A DNA stretch of 64,000 nucleotides from Thermodesulfobacteriota bacterium (GCA_963675595.2 CAXXLZ010000002.1:1984001-2048000); one strand, 5' to 3'; counted from the first letter of the stretch, positions 52,000 to 61,696 are shown. A program made the numbers and translations. Notes: a model not told the origin generated them from the letters alone.

Positions 52000-52467
52000 C
52001 CCCAAAGCTCGTGGGTAGTCGGATGGCCGGACACAGCGACCGCCGCCAGGAGTGATTTCTCGGTAAGTGGGATCCTGCGTCACTAAGGAAGCACGACCGG
52101 CCCGAACGAACATGACATAAAAGTGGAACGGCTCGGCCCGATGAGTCATGCCGGTCGTGTCGAGGAATCCAGTGAGGGACCTATTGGGAGCAAGCGACTT
52201 GGCTTGAGAGAAGCGCTTATTCGCGCGCCAAGGGATTATGGGTTCCGGTTCCCGGAAGGCTGAGACCATTGCCGAATTGCGGGTTCACGCCGCCGATTCC
52301 CTATCCCCGGGGAATACGGCGACGGATAGCGACCTGCTTAAGCCGGTTGAATTGCACCCAAGAAACGAGTTGTTCCTCGGCGGTGTACTTCGAAGATATC
52401 CGCACCGGTTACGTAACCGTTGTCTGGAACATTCGCCGGTGACCTTTGCAAATCGCGGTCGGCTGCA
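52000..52467. ncRNA. Candidate large structured non-coding RNA (unassigned)
   Basis: No convincing ORF; at least seven stems plus a 5'/3' closing helix (52034-52043 with 52455-52465); see findings. Confidence 0.35.
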
Positions 52468-52469
52468 CC

Positions 52470-54884
52470 TCAAGACGGGGCCGAGCTTCCTTCCACCACC
52501 ACCCCCAACCGCAGCGCCTTCAACCCCGACACGCCGGCCAAGTCCTCGATTTCCAGGGATTCCACCTCCTCACCAAGAAGTCCTTTGCCCTGGAGAAAGG
52601 AAATGTGCTTGAGCATTTCCTCCCGCTCTTCGGCGGTGGAGTACACCACCGCGATCTTGCGGGGTTGCGTAAGGCGTTCCTCCGTGCCCTTGAGCACCGC
52701 CTTGTCCAGTCTGGATTTCACGATCTCATGGCGCACGTCGTAGGCCCCGTCCACGTCGAAGCGTTTTTCGTCGTAACGAAACCGAACGGATAGAGGCGCG
52801 TCCTGCACCAGGATAAGGTGCGCCGTGTCCAGAGGCACCGGTAGGTCCGGTTTGAGCCGTTCCGTTCGCACGGCCATGCCGCGGGCCACTTCCAGTTGCC
52901 ACAAGCGCAGGTTCTTGAGGAACAGGGTGCTGAACTCCCCGCTTTCCACCAAAGAAGCGCCCGCATACACCACGTAGTCCACGCCGTCCGTTCTGTGCCG
53001 CTCGAAGAAATGGGGACACAGGGCCTGAATGCGAGCCTCCTCTTCATCGAGATAGACGGCCAAGGCGTCGTTGAGCAGGCGAACGCTCTCTTCGAAGTCT
53101 TTCCTCCGCCGATAGATGGTTCCCATCCTGGGATCCAAAGCGGCATGGTAGACTTCCACCGCTTCCGCCGTTTCCTCGCCGAATCGTTCCAACTGGGGAA
53201 ATTCGCTTTCCACTTCATCGTGCAGGAAACGCACCACGGAAGTCTCCTCGCCGGCGTTCAAGCCTCGAGCGATCCGTTGGGATAGAGCAGTCACCCGCGA
53301 TGCGAGCTCTTCGAGAATGGGCAGGCGTTTCTTGTTGAGTGCCGAATCGAGAACCGACTTTGCAAGCTCCAGATGATCCGACAGGTCCTGTTGGATGGCG
53401 CGATTCCGGGCCTCGGACGAACCCCGGATGTCCGACGCCCCATAGAGGGGCGTCACGTCCCGAAACACGATGGGCTCGATCTCGGAAGCCTTTCCTTGGC
53501 GCATGTGTTTCAGGTGTCTCGCGGCCGCCTGCCGGAAACGCCATTCCACAATGGGGTGGATGGCGGTGCATTTCTCCTGGATGATTCCCTGAATCTGATG
53601 ATTCATGTCTTCCAGAATGCGCTTGATCACCATGGAAAACAAAGGCTGCACCTCGGCCACGAGAGTAGTATCCATGGGACCGATATCAAAGGTCTTGCAG
53701 TATCCCAGGTTCAACGATCCGATCACCCTGCCTTCATATTTGAGCGGCGCAATGAGCAGGGATCGCACTCCCATCCGCTGCAACTCCTGAACACCGCACT
53801 TCTTGGCCAACTCCCGATCCACGTCCGGCACCTTCACCATCTCTCCGCTGTGGATCGCCCGTTCAAACAACGTTCCCGAAAATTGACCGAAAGGTACATG
53901 CGTTGAATGGGCAAAGATACAGTCTCTCAGGCATTGGCTCCCCTCGTTGAACAAGTGAACCTGCCCGTCGTGAATGGCGGCCAGACTGACCACCAAACCG
54001 GGCCGCCTCATCAGGACCCTCAGCCGGTGCTGCAGCCGTGCGAAACCTTCGGGGGAGACCAAATCCTCCTGGTCGATGATGTCCCGTTCGAGTTCCGACA
54101 TGGTCTCGGTTTCGGTAACCTCCGCGAGGCGCACCCATGTAAATCCAAAAAACTCGAACTCCTTAGGGGGAAGGACGTCCATGATCCGTTCCGGTTCGAG
54201 CAAATTTTCGAAGACGAAGATTCGCTCCTCTTCCGACAATTCGGGAAGTTGGTTCCGAGGGCTCACATGGAAAAACCGGCTGTCGAAATGGAGGCGGAAA
54301 CGGCGTTCCAGTCCCGTATCCGGGTCTTCGATGGCCCGGATCAGAGGATAATCAAAGTCATGGGTGACGCCGTAGTACTTCCGCAGCACCATCAGGTAGG
54401 CACGGGCCAGCCGGCCCACAACGAAGCCGGCTTTGTCCACGTTGATCCTGCCCAGGAGTTTCCCGTCTTCGCTCAGGAACAGACGTCTGAACGCCGGAGT
54501 CACGAAGAAAGGATCGGCGAAAAAGGGCACCATGGCGCAGGCGAGTTCCGTATCCCAGAACGTGGGAGGCAGGATATAGCTCATCAGAGCCTCGACCCGG
54601 TCACGGTTTCGCTCGATGACGCCCATGTCTTCGATGGGCCCCTCCAACTCCGGCGCCTCGGACAGGATATCGTCGATATCCCGTCGCAACCGGAACATGG
54701 GGGACCGTTCGGAGTTCGCGGCCTCACGGAGGTGCTCGATGAGCGGTCCCAGGCTGAGGACCACCCGAAACGGAAAGTCTCGGTAACTTTTACCGCGAAT
54801 CAATCGGGAGAGATCTTCCGTCGGCGTCGCCTCACCGGGTTGTCTCGGAACCCGTTTCATTGGTTTCTTCGGCAGAAGGGACAT
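52470..54884 (-). CDS. 804-aa GAF-domain protein with C-terminal nucleotidyl-cyclase-like motifs
   Basis: GAF (GVRSLLIAPLKYEGRVIGSL), then TAIHPIVEWRF, LYGASDIRGSS, RTDGVDY and FDVDGAYD; GGAGG RBS. Confidence 0.8.
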   Translation of the reverse strand: MSLLPKKPMKRVPRQPGEATPTEDLSRLIRGKSYRDFPFRVVLSLGPLIEHLREAANSERSPMFRLRRDIDDILSEAPELEGPIEDMGVIERNRDRVEALMSYILPPTFWDTELACAMVPFFADPFFVTPAFRRLFLSEDGKLLGRINVDKAGFVVGRLARAYLMVLRKYYGVTHDFDYPLIRAIEDPDTGLERRFRLHFDSRFFHVSPRNQLPELSEEERIFVFENLLEPERIMDVLPPKEFEFFGFTWVRLAEVTETETMSELERDIIDQEDLVSPEGFARLQHRLRVLMRRPGLVVSLAAIHDGQVHLFNEGSQCLRDCIFAHSTHVPFGQFSGTLFERAIHSGEMVKVPDVDRELAKKCGVQELQRMGVRSLLIAPLKYEGRVIGSLNLGYCKTFDIGPMDTTLVAEVQPLFSMVIKRILEDMNHQIQGIIQEKCTAIHPIVEWRFRQAAARHLKHMRQGKASEIEPIVFRDVTPLYGASDIRGSSEARNRAIQQDLSDHLELAKSVLDSALNKKRLPILEELASRVTALSQRIARGLNAGEETSVVRFLHDEVESEFPQLERFGEETAEAVEVYHAALDPRMGTIYRRRKDFEESVRLLNDALAVYLDEEEARIQALCPHFFERHRTDGVDYVVYAGASLVESGEFSTLFLKNLRLWQLEVARGMAVRTERLKPDLPVPLDTAHLILVQDAPLSVRFRYDEKRFDVDGAYDVRHEIVKSRLDKAVLKGTEERLTQPRKIAVVYSTAEEREEMLKHISFLQGKGLLGEEVESLEIEDLAGVSGLKALRLGVVVEGSSAPS

Positions 54885-55350
54885 CTTCCTCCTCCGCTCC
54901 GCCGAGTTCTTTCAACTCGGCTTCCAATTCGCTGATTCGGGCCTGTTTTTCCGCTATGGCCGTAAGAATCGATTGTATCTCCGGATCGTTGAGCAGGTTG
55001 AAGGTCTTATTGCTGTACAGACCGTAAAACACGCTCCCCAACCCGCAGTAGTCCTCCTCGATCTCTTTGCGGATACCTCGAATTTCGTAGCGAATGGAGA
55101 GTTTGCGTTTCTGCTCCATGGCTTTGCTGCCCCAGGAAGACAAAGTACTGGTGATCGCTCCGAAAGTGCCCTCTTTCTGTTCCGGTTCCCCGACCGCCTC
55201 ACCTTGCTCGTCGGGTTGGGCTACGGGCGCCTGCACGGCGTCTTCCGCCCATGCCGTGGCCGCAGGAGACAACGGCAGTTGGACGGCAAGCAGCGGGAGC
55301 AACAGGGCCATGAGGAGGCACCGATACAGACTATGAACGATCGGACTCAT
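54832..55350 (-). CDS. Exported coiled-coil hypothetical protein
   Basis: Signal peptide ending AWA, helical coiled-coil C-terminus; GAAGGAG RBS before ATG 55350. Confidence 0.7.
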   Translation of the reverse strand: MSPIVHSLYRCLLMALLLPLLAVQLPLSPAATAWAEDAVQAPVAQPDEQGEAVGEPEQKEGTFGAITSTLSSWGSKAMEQKRKLSIRYEIRGIRKEIEEDYCGLGSVFYGLYSNKTFNLLNDPEIQSILTAIAEKQARISELEAELKELGGAEEEDVPSAEETNETGSETTR

Positions 55351-55418
55351 AAGCAACACTCCTTCCTTTCTCTTGGCGGTTCGCATTAACTTTCGCAAAA
55401 AATGGTTCCGAAAATCGT

Positions 55419-57614
55419 CTAAGACGGAATGTCGATGGTGAGAACGATAATGCTGTTGTCCTCTTTGGTGACTTCGATCAGGCCGCCGTGCTTATGAATG
55501 ATCATCTTCACCGCGGGTAGATCCAAGGGCGCCATGCCGGAATCCGTTCCCACAAACGGGAAAAAGAAATGGTCCACCTCCAGTGCGGACGGGGAGGATA
55601 CCGGATACTGGATGGTGACATGAGAGGTTTCCGGGAACTGCTCCACCGAAGCCTCCAACTCCGCTTCGTCCGGCATTCGCCGGAGAGCGTCTTTGAACAA
55701 CGTCTGAAACACTTCGCGCATGAGCTTGGGGTCCACCTGGATCAATCTGGGCGTACCGTCCTCTTCAAGCTCCATCCGGATGTTGCGCGCGCCGGCTTCG
55801 GCGCTCAGCTCATCGATGACCTGCCGGATCATGGTGCTCAGATCCGTGGCCTCCATGAGCATGTCCAGCGGTTGAATGTAGGAAAGAATCATCTTTAGAA
55901 TCAGCTCGAGTCTGGCCGCTTCCTGCAGAATGATCTCCACGCTCTTGTGGTTGGGATCCTCCGGGGGAATGGCTTTGAGAAGCCTTCTGGCGAATCCTCC
56001 CACGGTCATCAGGGGATTGCGGATCTCGTGAGCCAGCTGCATGGAAACCTCATGCAGGGTCTTGAGTTCCTCCGTCTTGATGATCTTCTCCTGCAGCGTG
56101 TAATGCTCCGTTGTATCCACCATGATACCGTCGATGAACAGCACCTTGCCGTCGTGGTCCCGGTGAGGAATCGCCTGATCCTCAATGTGGATCAATTTTC
56201 CTTCGGGATTCCGGCAGCGATATTGCATCCGTACGGGCACTCCGTCTTCGATGCACGTGCCGGTCTCCTGTGCCACACGTTCGGCATCCTCCGGCAACAC
56301 AATTTCGGTCCACCAGTTCTTCCTCCCGATGACCCGATCCACGGAGACTCCCAGAAGGGCCTCGGCATACTGGTTGAGAAACACCAAAGTCCCGTCGGGC
56401 ATCAGTCGATACACCACCAGAGGAACGTTTTCCACCAAGGTACGGTATTTGTCTTCCGAGGCGATCAGGTCCGAGGTGCGTTCACGCACCCGGCTCTCGA
56501 GGTCGGTGGCGTATTGCTCGAGTTGCTCACGCGACTCGTTCAGCGCGTTGATCATTTGATTCAGCGACAGGGTGAGCAATCCCAACTCATCCATAACCGT
56601 GGGGATCAATCTCCTGTGTCGTTTTCCGGAAGCGATCTCACCTGCGAGAACCACCACTTCTCTGATGGGCTTAAGGAAGAAAGTGCTGATGCGATAGACC
56701 AGAAAGGTCGCGAGGATCAGCGCCAAGACCCCAACGCCCATCATGACGTGCCCGGACCGAACGATACGTTTCTCGATTGCCGATCTGTCCAGCACGATCT
56801 TGACGACCATGACCGCCAGCCCGGAGTAGTCCGTAAGAGTCCCCACCAGAACCGATTTGTGGGGATCGTTTTTCGGCCCCAGGAAGATCAGGGGTTCTTT
56901 GGAAGAGAGGGCCTCCACACACTCTTCCATGCAAATGGGATGGTCTTCCTTCCAAGTTGCCGCGGTTTGGACGAATTCTCCATCTTGATTGAGTTCATAG
57001 AGGGCCACGTCGATATGTAGACGCTGCTTCAACTGGGCCAGAAAGGCGTCTCCCAAGTTCCAGCCCACGCCCACGGTGCCCACGATCCTGCCTTGCCACC
57101 TTACCGGAGCGACACCGCGACAGCCCGTGCCGTACACGCCTCTCTCCAGTCCATAGACCACCTCGCCCTTTCTCATGGCCTCCACGATGGTTCCACGGAA
57201 AAAAGACATATGATCCCCGTAGCGATCCGGCTTATGGACCCGGAGAAAAGAAACGGCCACCGGTGTGTGAAAATGGAGTTGGTCGATACCGAAGCTTTGC
57301 TTGAGGTTGGCCAGCGTCGGTTTCATCAATTCGAGCAGCTTGGCTCGCTCCCGCTCCGCAAAAGCCTTGGCCACTTCCTGGTTCAAGGAGATGCTCGTGG
57401 CCAAAGACCCCATCATCCTTCCCTGGTTTTCCATCTGGATCAGGAAATTATTGTAGTACCCCAGCAGAAGATTTCGTTCCTGTGCGGCAATCGTAGCATA
57501 CTGGTAGCGCAGGCCCACGTAATCCACGGCTGCGATGCTCGCCAAGGAAAGGAGCAAGAACGGCACGACCAATTTCCACTTCAGGCTGACATCTCGGATG
57601 CGTTTCAATCTCAT
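55419..57614 (-). CDS. Cache-HAMP-PAS sensor with HisKA and degenerate ATPase domain
   Basis: Cache motif HFH...SFLRVHKP..YGD, HAMP (DELGLL), PAS and H-box AHEIRNPL; N, G1 and G2 boxes altered. Confidence 0.85.
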   Translation of the reverse strand: MRLKRIRDVSLKWKLVVPFLLLSLASIAAVDYVGLRYQYATIAAQERNLLLGYYNNFLIQMENQGRMMGSLATSISLNQEVAKAFAERERAKLLELMKPTLANLKQSFGIDQLHFHTPVAVSFLRVHKPDRYGDHMSFFRGTIVEAMRKGEVVYGLERGVYGTGCRGVAPVRWQGRIVGTVGVGWNLGDAFLAQLKQRLHIDVALYELNQDGEFVQTAATWKEDHPICMEECVEALSSKEPLIFLGPKNDPHKSVLVGTLTDYSGLAVMVVKIVLDRSAIEKRIVRSGHVMMGVGVLALILATFLVYRISTFFLKPIREVVVLAGEIASGKRHRRLIPTVMDELGLLTLSLNQMINALNESREQLEQYATDLESRVRERTSDLIASEDKYRTLVENVPLVVYRLMPDGTLVFLNQYAEALLGVSVDRVIGRKNWWTEIVLPEDAERVAQETGTCIEDGVPVRMQYRCRNPEGKLIHIEDQAIPHRDHDGKVLFIDGIMVDTTEHYTLQEKIIKTEELKTLHEVSMQLAHEIRNPLMTVGGFARRLLKAIPPEDPNHKSVEIILQEAARLELILKMILSYIQPLDMLMEATDLSTMIRQVIDELSAEAGARNIRMELEEDGTPRLIQVDPKLMREVFQTLFKDALRRMPDEAELEASVEQFPETSHVTIQYPVSSPSALEVDHFFFPFVGTDSGMAPLDLPAVKMIIHKHGGLIEVTKEDNSIIVLTIDIPS

Positions 57615-57714
57615 TTCGGTCGGAAACCACTCTGCCGTGATTGGTGTGGAACACTCTCGGGAAAGCCCACCCCGAAGATCAATGGACGAGGAGTCCTTCC
57701 ATAACAGAGCGCGG

Positions 57715-59913
57715 TTAGGTGCTGAAAGCCTCCAATGCGCGCTCCAGGTTCTTTTTCAGCCTCTTGTGATATTGGTTGGCGGCATACCTGGGACCGTTGT
57801 ATGCATAACTGATTTCCTTGATTGAGGAGTCTCGATCAATGTTCCGCGCCTTCAGGTATTGAACCATCAGCCGAATATTGTTTTCGGGTTTGGCCAACTC
57901 CCCCGGGGAGCCTCTGAAACCCAGGGCCCAAGCAGTTTCATACAGAATATGGCCCGGCCCCCAGGAACCCGCCAGCAGTACGGAGAACCGACCGAAGAGC
58001 TCCTCGAATCGTTTCTTTTCGTCCCCTGTTAACCGCGCCTTCAGATCCAGGACCTTATCCACCCTTCGGGCTTCGAAACGAAAGAAATTATCCAATCCGG
58101 CGTGACACTCGTTCCAGACCAAAGCATAGATCAGCTCCGGATAATCGTAGTCGAGAGATCGGCATGCGTCCAGGATCAATTCCTTAAGATACAAACTGGA
58201 GATTTGCCGGTCTTCCGGTGCACGAGGCACGGGAATAAGCATGCCGGGGAAAACATGCTCTCGGCGAAACCCGCTGAATACCAGAGAATAATCATAGACG
58301 CCCGGAAAACGCGACCTGAGTTTATCCCGAACGGCTTCCAAGGGCCGCCCCGAAGAAACGTCCGCCTTCTCCACCCGATAATACAACAAGTCGGCATCCT
58401 TGATGAACGTCATGCCGTTTTCCTCGACCCGCACCAATTTCCAATCCATGGTTCGATGCAGCGGCGACGCATCTGCGGGGAGATCGAGTTCTTGGGCTTG
58501 ATCGGGCAATTCCTCGTCCAGTTTGGCAAGAAGCCGGCTCACGTCGGCTTCATCAATCTTCAGACGAAAAGCGACGGAATTGATCCTGACCTTCTGTTCC
58601 TCGAAGTAGGCTCCCACTCGTTTCATATCGGTGAGAGTTCGGTCGAAAATTTGCCTGGTATTGAGCCGTTTGCCGGAGGCGGTCGCTTTGGCCTTGTTGA
58701 TGGCGTACACGGACATGAAAAGCTGTTCGTTACTCCCATGCCACAGGTCCGGAAGCCAGGAACCGAAGTTGAATCGGTCCCGCTGCGCCCGCCGGAGATT
58801 TTGCCCATCGACCCAAGCCGAATCGTACACTGTTTCAAGATTCTCCGGACGGAGGAACATCAATCGATGATCCTTTCCTTCGAGAGTCAGGCGCAGCAAG
58901 GAAACGCTGGTCCGTTGTTCGTCTACCCGGGCCACCAGGCCGTTCGGAAAGCGAATCTGTTTCAGGTCCTCTATAAAACGTTTCTCTCCGGCTTCTTTGA
59001 GTATTCGAAAAAATCTCTCGACCCGGGCACGTTCTGAAAGTTTCGGCTTATAGAGCCCGATCTCATAGTATAGCCGTGCCACGTCTTCCCGCAGACTGGT
59101 AATCAAACGCCGGTCGGAGGTTTCTATTTTCTTCCGAGTCTCATCGAGTTCGGCTTCGATGTTTTCCACGGGCAAAGGATAGATTCTGAGAAAAGCGGTC
59201 TTGGAAGGTTCTCGGGCCAAGAAGCAACGATATCGCGTCTTCTCTTTCCCTCCGGGTGCCTCGAAGATCACCTGCACCGTATGCAGTTGATCCAGATGCG
59301 CGAACATCTTGTTCACCCGCACTCGAAATCCGTTGATCGAACCCAACGCGAACTCGGAAGTATCGTAGACTTCGACTCCGTCGTCCAGCCTGGATACCGC
59401 CACTTTGGCGGAGGAACCATTAGGGCGACGAATTAACAAACACCGCACCAGATAAGGGTCTTCATCGCGAAACGAAAACTCGGCGTGAATCCGGTTGCCC
59501 TCGCCGAAGTCCCAGAATCCCGAGTGAAGATCAATGGTTCCGCTTCGTGTAAGCCGATCCAGGACGCCCTCTTTTGCATACGAGGAAACGGCCGATTCGA
59601 AAGCGGCGATGAACGCGGCATTGGTAATCGTGAGGGGGGCACCGGACGTGCGATTTCTTGCCAGGATCTCCCGCTCAAGCAATTCCTTGAAACGATAACC
59701 AAAGGCTTTTTCCGCCCGGTTATCCAGCCACCACTCGAAATCAACTTCAAGAGCCCGTAGGTCCTCATGGAGGACTTCCAGATACTCCGCCCTGGTAACC
59801 GGCCTGCGCTCGGGCCCACCGGCACAGCTCAAGAGTTGGGTCACCGCCACCGTTGCCACGATGAAGGTCTTCCAGGAGATGGAAATAGAAAGAGCTCTCA
59901 AAGGATGATGCAA
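57715..59913 (-). CDS. Large lipoprotein with C-terminal lysozyme-like (muramidase) domain
   Basis: Lipobox LLSC; C-terminal ALVWNEC...FRFE, SWGPGHIL and YNGPRYAANQYHKRL resemble N-acetylmuramidase/SLT motifs; start uncertain. Confidence 0.7.
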   Translation of the reverse strand: MHHPLRALSISISWKTFIVATVAVTQLLSCAGGPERRPVTRAEYLEVLHEDLRALEVDFEWWLDNRAEKAFGYRFKELLEREILARNRTSGAPLTITNAAFIAAFESAVSSYAKEGVLDRLTRSGTIDLHSGFWDFGEGNRIHAEFSFRDEDPYLVRCLLIRRPNGSSAKVAVSRLDDGVEVYDTSEFALGSINGFRVRVNKMFAHLDQLHTVQVIFEAPGGKEKTRYRCFLAREPSKTAFLRIYPLPVENIEAELDETRKKIETSDRRLITSLREDVARLYYEIGLYKPKLSERARVERFFRILKEAGEKRFIEDLKQIRFPNGLVARVDEQRTSVSLLRLTLEGKDHRLMFLRPENLETVYDSAWVDGQNLRRAQRDRFNFGSWLPDLWHGSNEQLFMSVYAINKAKATASGKRLNTRQIFDRTLTDMKRVGAYFEEQKVRINSVAFRLKIDEADVSRLLAKLDEELPDQAQELDLPADASPLHRTMDWKLVRVEENGMTFIKDADLLYYRVEKADVSSGRPLEAVRDKLRSRFPGVYDYSLVFSGFRREHVFPGMLIPVPRAPEDRQISSLYLKELILDACRSLDYDYPELIYALVWNECHAGLDNFFRFEARRVDKVLDLKARLTGDEKKRFEELFGRFSVLLAGSWGPGHILYETAWALGFRGSPGELAKPENNIRLMVQYLKARNIDRDSSIKEISYAYNGPRYAANQYHKRLKKNLERALEAFST

Positions 59914-60213
59914 ATTCCTAAGTCTTAGAGATTTCTTCGTTAAAGGAACAACAAATTATTGTAGAATAAAAGAAGGGGGAGACCAAGTGGTAAGGAGGGC
60001 TTTCGCAAAGACCCGTGAGACGGTGTAAGGCTCGAGAAGAAACCAATTAAACGGTTTTCTCGTCATAAACTCCTTTCAGTTCAAAAACGCCCCCTTCCGG
60101 GTCCGAGCATCTTCCCACCTCTCGAATTCATGATCGATTTTCAACATCATTCGGACGCCTTATGCCCGTTCCAGCGAATCGACGGCATCGGGGAAGCGCC
60201 GCGACGGCGAGTC

Positions 60214-60444
60214 TCAAGAGCCCGTAGGTCTCTCCTTGGGCTCCATGAACAAACATCGCCTTCCCGACGACAGGTAGACGGCTACGCTTGGTAATTGGCG
60301 CGACTTCATCCCGAAAACACGGCAACCGTAGGGAAAGGAAGGATCCCATGTGACGTAGAAATGCCTGCACCGGTAGCAGAGCGCAGTGCCTCTTTTTTCC
60401 GTTCCCCGGGTTTGCCCCGGATGTTTGCCTTTCGTCACGTTCAT
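60214..60444 (-). CDS. Small four-Cys protein (family often loosely annotated 'uracil-DNA glycosylase')
   Basis: CYRCRHFYVTWDPSFPYGCRVFGMKS..LPS..V..SSG..C pattern. Confidence 0.75.
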   Translation of the reverse strand: MNVTKGKHPGQTRGTEKRGTALCYRCRHFYVTWDPSFPYGCRVFGMKSRQLPSVAVYLSSGRRCLFMEPKERPTGS

Positions 60445-60700
60445 GTCCGCCGACCCCCACGCCGGGTGAGGGTCCTTCCGGTTTTCGGCATGCTTCAACT
60501 ACGACTTGGGAATCCGTACCAGGAAAAAATTCGGCCTGTCCCCGCCTGTAAGACCGCAAAGGCCTCCCCGGACCGTTTCCGGTGAAACGGGGAAGGTCGC
60601 TTTCCCTTTCAACCACGCAGTACTCGCGGCCTCCGAAAAGGAGGCGTTTGCCCCCTTTGGATGGGCTCCCGGCAAGGCATGCCCGACGGATTATCGGATA

Positions 60701-60889
60701 TCAGGCCGACGCGATCGGCGCCCCTTCCCGGCCTTCCTCCTTTTGCCGGTAGAGAGATTCGAGAGTCTCTCGAGCTTTTGCCGTCACCGAATCATTCGCG
60801 TTTTCCGACTCCGCTCGGCGTTTCACCAAATTCTCCAGGTAGGCGATTTGCCTCTCCAGGTCGGATCCCGAGCTACAAGATTCACACAT
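60701..60889 (-). CDS. Small hypothetical protein with N-terminal CxxC
   Basis: MCESC..., helical; AAGGAG RBS; directly downstream of the flavodoxin-fold gene. Confidence 0.6.
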   Translation of the reverse strand: MCESCSSGSDLERQIAYLENLVKRRAESENANDSVTAKARETLESLYRQKEEGREGAPIASA

Positions 60890-60919
60890 GATCCACTCCT
60901 TATGCCTCGAAGAGACGAC

Positions 60920-61402
60920 TCACCCTTGGACCTTCAGAGCCAGTTCCGCAACTCGTCTACCGAGCTTCTTACCGTTCTCCGCGGTTTCGGAATCCGGTTT
61001 TCCCACGCACGAAACCCCGTAATGGCCGGTAGCGTCCATCGGGTCCCCGACAATGACCATGCCGTAGATGAGCAAGGCCTGAATGATGCTCATCAAAGTG
61101 GTTTCTTTTCCTCCGGAGGCGTCTCCGGATGTGGTGAAAGCGGCCCCGATCTTATTCTCCATTTTCTTTCTCACGCCGACGAAACGATCGAAAACGGATT
61201 TGAGTTCGGCCGCCATGGTGCCGAAATACACGGGGGAACCCGCAATGACTCCCGCGGACTCCACGAAGTCCTCCTTGGTCGCCTCCTCGGTGGATTTGAG
61301 GACCGCGTTGACCCCCTGCACCTCATCGACACCCTCGGCGATGGCTTGAGCCAAAGTCAGGGTGTTCTTGCTTCGAGAAAAATAAAGGACAAGAATCTGC
61401 AT
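60920..61402 (-). CDS. WrbA-like flavodoxin-fold NAD(P)H oxidoreductase
   Basis: YFSRSKNT..LA, GSPVYFG, AFTTSG...GGKETT and GHYG. Confidence 0.88.
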   Translation of the reverse strand: MQILVLYFSRSKNTLTLAQAIAEGVDEVQGVNAVLKSTEEATKEDFVESAGVIAGSPVYFGTMAAELKSVFDRFVGVRKKMENKIGAAFTTSGDASGGKETTLMSIIQALLIYGMVIVGDPMDATGHYGVSCVGKPDSETAENGKKLGRRVAELALKVQG

Positions 61403-61671
61403 GCGTATTCTCCGAATGAAATTTTACGGACTCATGTTGCGTTCCCGGAGGTTTCCGACGGAGCGGCCCTCCGTGTTCCCCTGATGTTTGGTCGCCTACA
61501 ACGGCTCTGCGAAGGCGAGGGCCTCGGTGCGATGGGAAGGATTTGTGCGATCGGACTCCGACGCACCGGGGCGGAAAGCGTACCGCCGGCGCCGTGCCTC
61601 AATCACTAGAGATCGGCCCGAGCCGGCTCACCTGCACCACGTCTGCTGACGGGAAGCCCTCGGAAGGAGAC

Positions 61672-61696
61672 AAAAAACCCGCCGTGCGGCGGGTTT
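61672..61696 (-). terminator. Rho-independent terminator after the FmdB-family gene
   Basis: Minus strand AAACCCGCCG-CA-CGGCGGGTTT followed by further Ts. Confidence 0.8.

Noticed and set aside
52023-52115. Selenoprotein-style TGA readthrough ORF (MAGHSDRRQE*FLGK...)
   Set aside because: No RBS, no redox motif around the TGA, and it stops again shortly after.
52160-52420. RNase P, SRP or group I intron identity for the structured segment (GAGGAATCC, GGAGCAAG, CCGGAAGG, GAATTGCGGG and GAAGATAT fragments)
   Set aside because: The fragments are partial and do not form the required cores: no P4 partner, no AGCAG of SRP helix 8, and no P6/P7.
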